Part shown: positions 14,123-25,990 of the stretch, in pieces
Position numbering within the stretch: the first letter of the stretch is position 1
How the letters are laid out: each line of letters starts with the position of its first letter
Assembly (NCBI GenBank): GCA_973895155.1
Contig: OZ316892.1
Span: 22,011,619-22,075,618 of the forward strand
DNA from: Marsupella aquatica
Taxonomy: Eukaryota; Plantae; Marchantiophyta
Direction: 5' to 3'
Length of the DNA: 64,000 nucleotides
The notes under the pieces: generated by a model
Database searches by the model: none
What the model was told of the DNA's origin: nothing
What the model saw: only the letters and a program-made list of their open reading frames with translations
Position numbers and translations under genes: made by a program

Positions 14123-14448
14123 CTCGGGGGTTTCACTTCCACAAAAATGGCATATCACATGCGACGAAGTATAGGGTCATTTTATTGGTTTGAAGTGAAG
14201 ACTTAAGAATTTTAGGGTTTAGGGTTTAGGGTTTAGGGTTTCTGAGAAGAACAATAGGGTCTTTTAAATCCAATTTTGGGACTTATAAGAACATTAGGGT
14301 CCTTATCACCAAAATTTTGGAAATATTCTAAGAATAATCCAACTTTATAGGGGTCAAAAAAATATAAAAATTTCTTACATTTTAGGGGGTCTGTGGCCTA
14401 AAAACGTCGCAGGTGATGAGGAGGCATCCATGTAGTGAGACCCCCGAG
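14123..14448 (+). mobile_element. MITE family A, copy 1 (326 bp)
   Basis: TIR CTCGGGGGTTTCACT / AGTGAGACCCCCGAG; 8-bp TSD GAGACAAG; second copy at 35322-35617. Confidence 0.92.
14211..14238 (+). repeat. Interstitial telomeric repeat (TTTAGGG)4 inside the MITE
   Basis: Four perfect TTTAGGG units; absent from copy 2. Confidence 0.9.
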
Positions 14449-15650
14449 GAGACAAGGTGCTTCACATGTTCAACAGGACCCTTGAGGTGAGTCAAATTTG
14501 TCCATTTTCAGATAGCTAATTCATGTACATACTTTCACATTATAATTGTAATGACCAATGTTTTCTATGGGCTGTGTAGGTGAGCATCATTCTGCTTTCC
14601 TTGATGACAACATCTACAGGTCTCAACATAACTTGCGCAAATCATGTAGTTCTAGTAGACAGGTGGTGGAATCCTTGTGTGGAAGACCAGGCTATGGACC
14701 GGGCACACCGTAATTGGGCAGACAAAACCAGTCACTATGGTACGGTTTATTGCTAAGGATTCCATTGAGGTGAAGATATTGAAGCTACAGGTAATTCCTT
14801 GTAACTATTAGATTGAGTGTGCATTGTTTGTATATGGCTTTTATAATTCACCTGCTAGTTTTTGACCACATTTCATGTGGATTGTGTTGATTGTGTAGAA
14901 CAAGAAGCGGAGGATGATTGGTCAGATTATGTATGGTGGTGTGAAAAAACAGGATGTAGCACGAGAAGACATTGCCTACTTATTTGCAAGTGACAGTTCT
15001 CAGTTGGATTCTGATTAGGTGTATATAGCTAGGGGTTCACTTGGCAACTTAGGAGCAAGCTGTATATATAGCATGAGAAGTATGTACGTAGAGTTACATT
15101 GTACTACACACTGTGATTTTATATATAAAGGACTGCACAGTCCATTTACCTGAGCTTACTTTTGTTTTGTACATTGCTGCATTTGGTTTCCCTCTCTTGG
15201 GATTTCATCATTTTCTTCTATAAACTAGTCAGGGGAAACAAACTTGTGGAATTCCACCGAGCAGTTAGGCTTCTTCACACATTACCCTAAGGTACATAGG
15301 GAATTTAGGGGCATACCGACACCTCCATGCCAAGGGAATTTGGTCATTTACTTAACAGGGGAAAATACCTTATACAATTCAGTAAACACGCACGGACCGT
15401 ACACTCTGAGGTTAATTAACCTAGATAACCTTTGTAATCTATCTCCTAACATTGCATATCCTCCTTGTGATGCATCAAAGAAAATAGGGTAGCAGTTGTC
15501 TACATTTTCAGAATATTGGCTGATTGGGGGCATACAGGACACATACTCAATTGTATTGGCCTGGATATAGCCACAACGTCCGGGAAACCATCAAAGGAGG
15601 CAGATGGATACACATATATGCATTAATGTAATGAATAGTACTTCGGACCA

Positions 15651-17745
15651 TCCTAAACTATAATACAAGGTTGCGCCTTTTTATGAAGTGGTCGTCGTTC
15701 AAATTTGCAGTGTCCAAAAAACATTAATCATGTCAAAGAGAAGGAATAAAGGTTATATTAAATTTAGTGTGCACCAAAAAAATAATAAATACATTCCAAA
15801 CAAGCGGGGAATCAAATGGGCGACACAAAAGTAGGGAGCCAATGCTCGAACCAATGGGGCACACAAAACAAGAGAGTGAATGTACATGCATGAGTATCAA
15901 GGAGATATACACATGAAATACAAAAGTACATAATATATATGATACTATATATTATTGCAAGTATTACAATATTGCAAAATATAATAATGACAGTAATTTA
16001 ATTAAAATAATTTAATTAAAAAATAAATTAGACTACAAAGACAATATCAAAATCTATAATAAAATGTTACTTTTTTATTATAGTAGTCATTCAAATTTGC
16101 AATATCCCAAAAATGAAAAACATGAAAGAATGATTTCTTTTGTGAATGAAAATGGAGAGCAATGTTTCCGAGCAAAAAATGAATTTAATAGTACAAAGAA
16201 AATAAGGAGGGTCTCTAGCAATGCAAGAGTATCAAGGAGACCTCCCTTTACCATGTACCACTATAATTTTGATTCGGTCCTTTTACAAACTAAAAAAAGT
16301 GACAATCAATCTTGAATGTTCATCAAAACATAATTTTTTTCACACATTAAGATCTATCCATACACCCCTTCTAAAAATAAGTTCCTTCCCAAGCTACCCT
16401 TTAACCTTCCCATACCTGCCACAATTGAAAAAATTAATCAAATTTTAATTAAATTTATTCATATATAAATAATTCTATTTTTTTGAAATAATTTCAAATA
16501 TAAATAAAATATAGATAAAATATTTTCTCACCTCTAGATCTTTTCTCATCTTGACATATTTTCCTCACCTTGAGATCTTTTCTTACCTCAACATATATAT
16601 TATATTTGTCTCATTTTGCCATATTTTTCTCACCTGGTCATCTTTATCTCACCACAACATCTTTCTTCACCCACAACATTTTTTCCTCATATTGACATCT
16701 TTTTCTCATCTCACCATCTTTTCTCTCCTTGACTTATTTTTCTCACCTCTGAATGTTTTTCTCTAATATCGCATCTTTTTCTCACCTTGCTATATTTTCT
16801 TTCCTTGACATATTTTTCTCACCTCCGAATGTTTTTCTCTAATATGACATCTTTTTCTCACCTTGCTATATTTTTTTTCCTTGACATATTTTTCTCAGCT
16901 CGAAATGTTTTTCTCTTATTGACATCTTTTCTCACCTTGATATATTTTCTCACCTCAACATGCATCTTTTGTGCAATGCACATGTATCAGGCCCGATATG
17001 TATTTAACAACATCTTTACTTCACAACATCTTTTAGTAATGACATACTTTAATTCTATGGACCATTTTATACTTAACGACATCTTTGGCATAATGACATC
17101 GTTGGCGACATGACATCCACTTACTTGACACAATTTTTTACTTGATGATCTTTTGGGCAACATGCCATCTTTGGCAAAATGACTTCTTTTTCTTAACAAC
17201 ATCTTTTTACTTCATGACATTTTTCACATAAGAACATCATTTTTGGGAAACACAACATATACTTCTCTTAAGGGCATTTTGGGCGCCACAACACTTTCCT
17301 CTTAGCGACATCTTGGGGGACACTACATCTTGGGCGCCACAACATCTGTTTTCTTAACAATATCTTGGGCGCCATGATCTCCTTATTTTAATGATATTTT
17401 GGGTGGCACAACATTTTTTTTCTTAACGACATCTTTTGTGCAATGCATGGGTAATTTCCCTCAATGATGTCTTGGCCGACACAACATCTTTTCTCTCAAT
17501 GATGTCTTTGCCGACACAGCATCATTTTTTCAACGACATCTTGGCTGACATGACAACTTTTTTTCAACGACCTCTTGGCCAACATGACATCTTTTTTCTC
17601 AACAACTTTTTTTCTCTCAACCACCTCTTGGCCGACACGGCATTTTTTCTCTCCACGACCTCTTGGCTGACACGACATCTTTTTTTTCTCAACGATATTT
17701 TGGCCGACACGACTTCTTTTGTGCAACGCACGGGTATTGAGCTCA
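15651..17745 (+). mobile_element. Non-autonomous Helitron, 2095 bp
   Basis: 5' TC(CTAAACTATAATA); 3' GTGCAACGCAC hairpin then ...GAGCTCA. Inserted between A and T with no TSD. Empty paralogous site cggacca|taaatt at ~19547-19559. Contains ~20-bp subrepeat arrays. Confidence 0.88.
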
Positions 17746-19381
17746 TAAATCCATATTATTCCCCACAGGACGCCGGCTGATCGAGAGGGAGGCCCCTCCT
17801 TTGTTCAATATGTCACTCACCTGATAACTCTAATCAAGTAGACATCTGTCAGGGTCAGATATAATATCTGATTATACTTAGCCGTTTCTTTAGAGCCAAG
17901 TTGATCCAATAATTATAATCACGTAGACGTGTCCCCCGTCAGATATAATATCTAATTAGACTAAGTGTGTGTCCTGTTAGCCGTTTATTTAGAGCCGCAC
18001 TGCACCGACCTAGCCGAGCCGCCCCACAATAGAGTTGCTAGGGTGATAGACTAGATTCACTAGGTTAAAATTGATGTGATTTAGTATATCTACTAAAGTG
18101 GTAATTAATATGTTGCATACATAGATCTATATATGGGGGATAGTAGTAGTTAGAAAAATGGTAATAGAATAGTATTTCATGTGTACTATTACAAGTTTGT
18201 ATTTTACTTGGGTCTAGGTATAAAGCCTTGGGCTCATTCCTCAGTAAAACAAGCCTTTACATTGTTGTAAATATTCGAGCATACTGGAGTAACATGGACA
18301 ACCGTTTGGACCCTAACAGGGACACCAAATACAGTTAGCAGCCCCAAACGCGAGCCCAAAGAGCCTAGGTGCTAGCCAGTCATCCTCACCTCACCGTCAG
18401 ATTAGGAAGTTAATCTGATAGTACGTACCACCCATTCTATCTTGGCGTGGGGATTCACCTCATGTCCCTGTCTTGACTTGTCAATGCTAATTAGACACCA
18501 ATCACAAGCGGATCCAACCAGCTTGCTATTGCACAGCTACGCCCTCACCTCTAGCTTCACCCTATTCAGTTCTAAAGTTTGTAGCAATTCACTAAAATCT
18601 TCTCTACCTGGACTCGCCAGGCTGCGCACAGTGCTAACTAAACACCAGTGAAAAGCTGCTCCAATCATCCTGCGCGCTATTGCGCAGCCACACCCTCACC
18701 TCTCCATCCTTTTCGAAGTTTAGTAGGATCAGCCACGTGCCTTACCTTGGGGTTAGTCGAGGTTCAACACTGTCTCCGGCCCTGCCTCGACCTGCCAGAG
18801 AGTGCTAATTAAGCACCAATAAAAAGCTGCTCCAACTATTATACAACCACAGCTGGACCTCTTTACCCCCTTAGACATTTTGGTAGAATTTCGAATTAAC
18901 CAACCACGGCACCTTTCGGTGGGGATTCACCACATGTCCCAGCCTTTACTTGCAAGACAGTACTAAACACCAATAGAAAGCTAGTCCAGCGTACGGAATG
19001 CTTAGCAAGCAAGCTTTCTGAGTAGGGTGACTAGTAGGCTGATTAGGAGGATTAGCTAATAGCTAGCGTTGATGTCTAGTAAGTAGCAAGGTGTTTTTCA
19101 CAACCCATTGAGGATGCGAATACAAATACATTGTATATATATATGGCATGCGTAACCGGAATTGGTCATCTCCTAAGACTTGCTCCACTGGTTGCAAGAT
19201 CCGAACCAGTTTGCGAAAGTTAAATTTTATCCAACGAAATTGCTTCTCTACCCATGACGTATTTTCCAGGTGCGTTCATTGGTTAAAGCACATGCATGTT
19301 GTGCATATCAGAATTACAATGAAGAGGCGTGAATCGGAAACTCCTTTATTCATCAGAGAAAATTAATAGTAAATTAGAGTC

Positions 19382-19630
19382 TAGGGTAGCAGTTGTCTGC
19401 ATTTTCAGAATATTGGCTGATTGGGGGCATACAGGCTGACACGTACTCAATTGTATAGGCCGGGATATAGGCACAACTTCTGGGAAACAATCAAAGGCTG
19501 AGGCAGATGGATACACATATATGCATTAATGTAATGAATAGTATTTCGGACCATAAATTCAGTGTTATTCCCCACAGGACGCCGGCTGATCGAGAGCGAG
19601 GCCCCTCCTTTGTTCAATATGTCACTCACC
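19382..19630 (+). repeat. Local duplicate of 15486-15650 plus 17746-17821 (Helitron-free copy)
   Basis: Near-identical tagggtagcagttgtct...cggacca and ttattccccacaggacgccggctgatcgagag...gtcactcacc. Confidence 0.9.
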
Positions 19631-20062
19631 GACACTCTTGACCGCACTGTCACTCGGCCTATCACTCCTCGTTTTCTCATTATGAATCGTCACTTTTTGA
19701 GTTTAAATAGAGCACTCCTGAAGTCGGAAGCAAACTCCAACAGAAAGCCTAGGAATGGACGAGACTAAATCCAAAATACAAGCGGTCTTGATGTGATCGA
19801 GATGAACAGATTTTTTATGGAAAGAAGTCGTTACACAAATAATATCAATGCACAAATGTAGGCCATTATTCGACATTGTCCTCTAACACAGCAAGTGAGG
19901 CCCTCTACATCAATTTTGAATTTTTGTGTCATAGCCAGACACTTCTCTTCCAGCCTCGCTACATAGAGGAGCCTACTCACACTAGCTCGAGCTCATTGGT
20001 GACAATTCTATCACATAGCTCAATTTACTTTCTGGATGTTTCACAACATACGGTAACGTCCT

Positions 20063-20218
20063 AACACAATACGACTTATTATTTGCTTCACGGCACAAAG
20101 AATTAAGAGGCAGTCGTAACACAATACGACTTATTATTTGCTTCACGGCACAAAGAATTAAGAAGCAGTCGTAACACAATACGACTTATTATTTGCTTCA
20201 CAACAAAATTAAGAAGCA
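20063..20218. repeat. 55-bp tandem repeat, ~2.8 copies
   Basis: aacacaatacgacttattatttgcttcac... starts at 20063, 20118 and 20173. Confidence 0.9.
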
Positions 20219-20506
20219 CCTAACCTTGCCTTTGGGGCAAACTCAGCTGACCGAACCGTACATAGGAGCCTCTGGAATAGCCACCTACTTTCGTGAATCA
20301 CCTCAAGTCGCACCAATGCACATCCAATCTCGAGTCCTTGAGGACGTCGATGCCGGTCAAATCTATACCTTCCTAGATGAAAGAGATCCAGCAGAGCCAC
20401 ACGCCTATCCAAGGGTCCCCCACATTCGTCCGCTCCATTGAAAGTCGATCTGCTTCCATTATTGCCAGGGACGAGGCATGGGTTCCGACACTCTTGGTCC
20501 GCTTGT

Positions 20507-20992
20507 TCAATTCTGGCACTGACACTGCGAACCTGGGGCCATGGGAGTGGGGGCAGCAGGAGGCAAGGGAGTAGGGGCGGGAGGAGGCAAGGGCGGCAGA
20601 GGTGAGGGCAGAGGCGGAGGCAAGGGCATAGGCAAGGGCGAAGGCGAGAGCGGCGAGGGAGGGGGGGGAGAAGGCATGGGTTCAGGCACTCTTGGTCCCC
20701 TTGGCCGGGTAGTAGGGTCCTTGCACGGACACGGTAATAATCCTGCAAGAGAAGGAGTAAAGTTGTGGACTCCTGGAACAAAGTTGTGTAATCCTGCACG
20801 AGCACGAGAAGGAACAACGTGGGTCCGAACCAGCCTCGGGCTCCTCGCAGCACCAGGAGGAACCAAGTCGTTGGGCCCATTCGGAACCAGCCGCAGGCTG
20901 CTGGAATCGTGAGGAAGAATGTCTACACAATTCACCACACTGCAGAGCAACAAAATGCTCAAAGAAGCCGACAATCTGCCGCAGAAAACCAT
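20507..20992 (-). CDS. CLE-like secreted peptide precursor (161 aa) with degenerate CLE box and Pro-rich tail
   Basis: ATG 20992: MVFCGRLSASLSILLLCSVVNC (signal peptide), HDSSSL-RLVPNGPNDLVP, ...LHNFVPG, CPCK, Pro-rich block, CQCQN*. Intact ORF; inverted paralog at 22103-23026. Confidence 0.65.
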   Translation of the reverse strand: MVFCGRLSASLSILLLCSVVNCVDILPHDSSSLRLVPNGPNDLVPPGAARSPRLVRTHVVPSRARAGLHNFVPGVHNFTPSLAGLLPCPCKDPTTRPRGPRVPEPMPSPPPPSPLSPSPLPMPLPPPLPSPLPPLPPPAPTPLPPAAPTPMAPGSQCQCQN

Positions 20993-22102
20993 CGTGGCAA
21001 ACAACGAAGTGTGAACCAACGGAAGCGAAAAAACACCGAGAAGCGCGACGAGACGGCCTTGTGAAGAAGTAGGAAAGAAGCAGCGCCCCTGGAATTGGAA
21101 AGTTAGAATGGAAAGGTAGAAGAGTGTGAATAGCTTATAAAGAGATCGAAGACAGGCACAGACCGGAAAGCCTACCAAGCACGCTTTCTGATTAGGGTCA
21201 CTAGTAGGCTGATCGATCAGTAGGATGAGGACACACCATTTACACAAATCCTTTTTTGATAAAGCAAGTTTTTAATTCTCTATGTATATGAATTTAGACC
21301 CGGCCCTGCCTATTATGAGGGTTGGGAAACCCTGGGTATAAAGAGATCTCCATTAATTTATGTTTATGGTATAGGGAAAAATACATAACTACAAAAATGA
21401 TTTCTCAAACCTTGCTGTCGTGTATTTTTATATTAAAAACATACACCGGGCCAGGTCTAAAGCCCAAGGCTAGGCCAGAAAGGTACACCTCCTAACCTGT
21501 GTATTGCTGACTTCGCCGCTGGCTGCAAGTCTGTCTGGATGAATTATCAGTACTCGTGCTACCTGCCCAACCCTTGCCCTTCCCTCCCTGCTGCTGTGGC
21601 GCCACGCCCTCCTCCTCCCCTTGCCACCCCAGCTGTGAACCTTTCACTACAACAAACATATGTACCCAAGAATGGCTACATCAGCAGCCAGTGATGGACT
21701 TTTCTGAAATCACTACTGCCTAGCAACGTTTCCTTACAACATACACTTGTACGCTGGCCCATATTGCGATCAGGCATCCCAACGTACCAATGATGTGACC
21801 CACCCAATCAAGAACAAACGGGAGGGCTAAACAGAAATGCTGTGTCCTCGTCCTTCTGATCAGCTTACTAGTGACCCTAATTAATCAGAAGCCGTGCTTA
21901 GTAAGCTTTCAGGTCCGTGCTTGTCGTCCTCTAGGGCTAGGGCATACCTGTTCTCTTAATAAGCTCTTCATGCCCTTCCTCCTTCCATTCTAACTTTCCA
22001 ATTTCAAGATGGTGCTTCTTTCTTAATTCTTCACAAGGCCATCTCGTCGAGCTTCTCGGTGTTTCTTCGCTTCCGTTGGTTCACACTTCGTTGTTTGCCA
22101 CG

Positions 22103-23026
22103 ATGGTTTTCTGCAGCAGATTGTTGGCTTCTTTAAAGTTCCCTTATTACCGCTAATCATTATAATTATTAGTTCAAAATGAATTAAAATTACCCTTCGA
22201 GCGTTCGCACGTCCTCCATGTATTAGTTAAGACTGAGGGCCCAGGGGTTCTTCCTCACGATTCCAGCAGCCTGATCGAGGCTGGTTCCAAATGGGCCCAA
22301 CCCATTACACAACTTTGTTCCAAGACTCGACAACATTCTTCCTCACGATTGTAGCAGCCTGAGGCTGGTTCCGAATGGGCCCACCCCATTACAGAACTTT
22401 GTTCCAGGACTTGACAACGTTCTCCCTCACGATTCCAGCAGCCTGAGGCTGGTTCCGAATGGGCCCAACCCATTACACAACTTTGTTCCAGGACTCGACA
22501 ACGTTCTCCCTCACGAATCCAGCAGCCTGAGGCTGGTTCCGAATGGGCCCAACCCATTACACAACTTTGTTCCAGGACTCGACAACGTTCTCCCTCTCGA
22601 TTCCAGCAGCTTGAGGCTGGTTCCGAATGGGCCCAACCCATTACACAACTTTGTTCCAGGACTCCACAACGTTCTTCCTCACGATTGAGGCTGGTTCCGA
22701 ATGGGCCCAACCCATTACCCCGCCCATTACACAACTTTGTTCCAGGACTCCACAACTTTCCTCCTCTTGCAGGATTATTACCATGTCCGTGCAAGAACCC
22801 TACTATGAGGCAAAGGGGACCAAGAGTGCCTGAACCCATGCCTCCCCCCCCTCCCTCGCCTCCGCCCTCGTCTTCGCCCTTGCCTATGCCCTTGCCTCCG
22901 CCCTCGGGTTCGCCCTCCCCTCTGTCCTCACCTCTGCTGCCATCGCTTGCTCCCTTGCCTCCTGCTGGCCCCACTCCCATGGCCCCAGCTCCCTTTCCCG
23001 CTTCGCAGTGTCAGTGCCAGAATTGA
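22103..23026 (+). pseudogene. Multi-domain CLE precursor with six 84-bp CLE repeats, apparently disrupted
   Basis: Unit HDSSSL-RLVPNGPNPLHN-FVPGLDNVLP; CLE boxes start at 22278, 22362, 22446, 22530, 22614 and 22688. Signal peptide (ATG 22103) is cut by a MITE end; 4-bp insertion at ~22274; 10-bp deletion creates TGA at 22686. Confidence 0.85.
22133..22246 (+). mobile_element. Right half of MITE family B
   Basis: Matches ~28706-28820, ending TGAGGGCCCAGGG; replaces the signal-peptide codons present in the paralog. Confidence 0.85.
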
Positions 23027-23169
23027 ACAAGCGGACCAAGAGTGTCTGAACCCATGCCTCGTCCATGGTAATAATGGAGGCAGATCGACTTTCAATGGAG
23101 CCGGACGAATGTGGGGGACACTTGGATAGCCGTGTGGCTCTGCTGGATCTTTTTCAGCAAGCAACCCAT

Positions 23170-23640
23170 TACTGCCACTAGCTTGGTCTACTGAGAGTGA
23201 ATATATATATAGCTTACTTTATTGCCACTAAGGAGGCCACCTGGCTTCGCCGACTTCTTCATGAGCTCCGTTACAATGCTCGAGATTCTCGATCACAGGG
23301 TTGTCATCGATGGTGACAACAAGCCTGCCATTTCACTTACATTCAATCCTGCTCATCACTTGAGGACCAAACACATTGATGTTCTGTATCATTTTGTTCC
23401 GTGAGCAAGTTCAGTCAGGCATTGTTATCATTCAGTATCTTTCCACACATGACATGCCAGCTGATGCCTGGTCTTACTAAGCCTCTTGTTGGGATCAACG
23501 TTTCGTGAGCAAGTTCAGTCAGGCATTGTTATTATTCAGTGTCTTTCCACACAGGACATGCCAGCTGATGGTCTTACTAAGCCTCTTGTTGGATCAACTT
23601 TCGACATTTTGTTGATCTTCTTGGTCTCAAGCTGTGACCT
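23170..23640 (+). mobile_element. Ty1/copia RNase H remnant with ~100-bp internal duplication
   Basis: ATKEATWLRRLL, GDNKPAISL..NPAHHLRTKHIDV.YHF, REQVQSG...DMPADGLTKPL (the last twice). Confidence 0.85.
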
Positions 23641-24199
23641 GCTAGCCCAATGCATGATCGAGATTCCAGGGGTGTCTCATTGTGACTTGCTCGACTGATT
23701 CCCTACATTCAGACTAGTGACAGTAAGATCTGAATGTTAGGATTAGCTTTACATGTCATGCAGATAGGATATTAGCCTCAGACTCAGACTAGTCGTACTT
23801 AGTCAGACTTAAATTCAATCAGCATCGACGAAGATTCAGTTTAAGGATTTGAATTAAATCTACCTGCCAGCACTGCCTAACATCTTGAAAAGTGGGACAC
23901 AGCCAGCTCTTTGTGTACTGGCAGCCTTGCCACATGTTTGTGCTGATCACTTGGGCTGCTAGTGCCTTTGTATTTTCTCAGATTGAGGGCCTCTACTTGA
24001 GGGTCTCCTCTCATGCTATTCACTGCATTGTACTTCTGTATTTTTCTGTGTTTGAGCGTGAGTGTATGCTTTAGTCACAGATGGGCACAATTGAGTAGGA
24101 ATTAGCTGTGCCCGGCAATGGAATCCGACAAAACTCCATCTACTTAAGTTCTGACAAAACTCCACCTACTTAAGTTGGACAAGTTTGATTATATAACAG

Positions 24200-25990
24200 A
24201 CCAAAGTGGCAGAGCCGAAGCAATGATCGTGGCAGAGGGCAAGGAAGAGCCAACAACAATGGCATATCAGATAAGAGATACAACCCCCTCAAATGCTTTA
24301 GATGCGGCACACCCGGACATACAAGAAAAGAGTGCAGGGCACCCTTTCATTTAGTTAAACTTTATAAATCAAACAGCATAAACAACCCTACAAAAGAACC
24401 CCATGGAAACTTCCTAGAATTACATCAAGATCTCACACAATATGTAACAGAACCTGCCTCACCTGAAATACATACCATTATCTATAGAGAGTAGAAATCC
24501 CACCTAGCAGACCCAACAATATGTATAATAGACAACGGCACCTCTCACCCAGTTTTAAAAGAGAGAATACTTCACTAGCATTACCCCATCATCCAAAACA
24601 ATTACAACAATCTCTGGCCAAAAAAAGATAGAACAAGGGCATGGTCCAGCTACTGTCACATTTCCGAGAGGGATAGTGATTCACATAGAATCTGCAATAT
24701 ATGCACCAACAGCCACCCAAAATCTTATTAGCTTTCAGGACATACGAGCAAATGAACTACATATCTCCACTAGCATGTACAAAAATAAAGAAGTCCTACA
24801 AATCCTCCAGATTACAGAAAAGGGATTACAGATTTGAGAAATGCTCCCAGTTGAACCTCCAGGATTGTATGTGACTCAAATACAGTCACACTATGCTGAA
24901 CATAAAAAGCAGAGTATTGCCATTACTTGGCATAACCGGTTGGAACACCCTGGTATAAGTATGTAGTTACCATAAAATCCTTAAAGATTCAGTGGGTATA
25001 CCACAAGCAGCGAGAACACCCCATAAACAAGAGCCCTACATAGCATGTTTGTAGGGTACAGGTTTATAACTCACCCATCGATTACAAAACGGTGTATGCT
25101 ATCCCTAACTAAGTTCCTGGAACACCTTAAATAATGCAGATGTCTGTGGCCCTATTGAACCATCCACTAGACCAAATATTCTGAAGATTCTTTTTTGTTA
25201 TGATTGACTCATCAACCAAATGGTCACAGGTGTCTTTGCTATCCACAAGAAACTTAGCATTTTCACGAATTCTAGTAAATATACTTAAGTTAAGAGCTCA
25301 GTTCCCGGAAAATCCCATAAGAATCCTACGAGTCAATGGAGCAAGGGAATTCGCTTCAAAGTCAGACATTTAATGATTTCTGCCTTACTATTGGGATAGA
25401 AGCCCAGTACCCTGTTCCATATGTCCATTTCCAAAACAGGATGGCGGAGTCTGTGATCAAAAGACTACAAATGATTGCACGCCCATTATTAATGCAAACC
25501 AAACTCCTTGCCACCGCATGGGGACATGCTGTACTCCATGCAGCTTCCTTATTACAGTATAGACCTTCATCCTTTATATCATTGTCTCCTCATCACCTTG
25601 TTAAGAGGGGCCGTCCCCCTGGCCGGATCTAAAGATGTTTGGCCAAGGCAGAAGAGAAATGCCATTATTTCCTACAACAATACCAATCATAGACAACACC
25701 ACTGCCAAACATACTACCACTCAATCACAAGACAATGAGGAAATATCCATCCAGTATATGCATACAGGAAAAGTATGGCGAGAGAACATACCAAAATAGA
25801 TGACCAATTTGCTTTCCTCATTGCACAGGAGATTACTAATGATACCCCAGATCCATTGACGGTCCAGGAAGCACAAAGTCCTGAAGACTGGCCCACTATG
25901 GCAGGAGGCAATAAACTCAAAGTTAGACTCACTAATTAAGAGACAAGTTTTTGGCTTGATCCTACAGGTCCCATCAGATATGAGCTTAAC
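24200..25990 (+). mobile_element. Degraded Ty1/copia gag-pol, probably Bianca lineage
   Basis: Zn knuckle CFRCGTPGHTRKEC, protease CIIDNGTSH, WHNRLEHPG, integrase DVCGPI and HFQNRMAESVIKRLQMIARPLL, RT start DPLTVQEAQ..DWP. Many stops and frameshifts. Confidence 0.85.

Larger units (their letters stand above)
13074..15018 (+). pseudogene. RAD5/HLTF-like SNF2 helicase, RING and helicase-C half, disrupted by a solo LTR and a MITE
   Basis: CTECK|gt...ag|ISRCGHFYC...CKFLNCR (RING), [70 protein letters not shown] introns, TAG at 15016-15018, frameshifts present. Confidence 0.85.

Noticed and set aside
14211-14238. Chromosome end or fusion site
   Set aside because: Only four units, enclosed in a TSD-flanked MITE.
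6263-17745. Inverted similarity of 6263-6330 and 17680-17745 as TIRs of an 11.5-kb transposon
   Set aside because: Both are Helitron 3' ends in opposite orientation; the right one has its own 5' TC end and empty site.
16551-17780. Phe/Leu/Ser-rich ORFs resembling membrane proteins
   Set aside because: By-products of T-rich Helitron subrepeats.
21293-21461. Imperfect inverted repeat tttagacccggccc / gggccaggtctaaa as a MITE
   Set aside because: No TSD and no second copy in the window.
22255-22980. 241-aa minus-strand repeat ORF, or a CRISPR-like array
   Set aside because: It is the antisense of the CLE repeat. Units are contiguous near-identical 84-mers without unique spacers, in a eukaryotic context.
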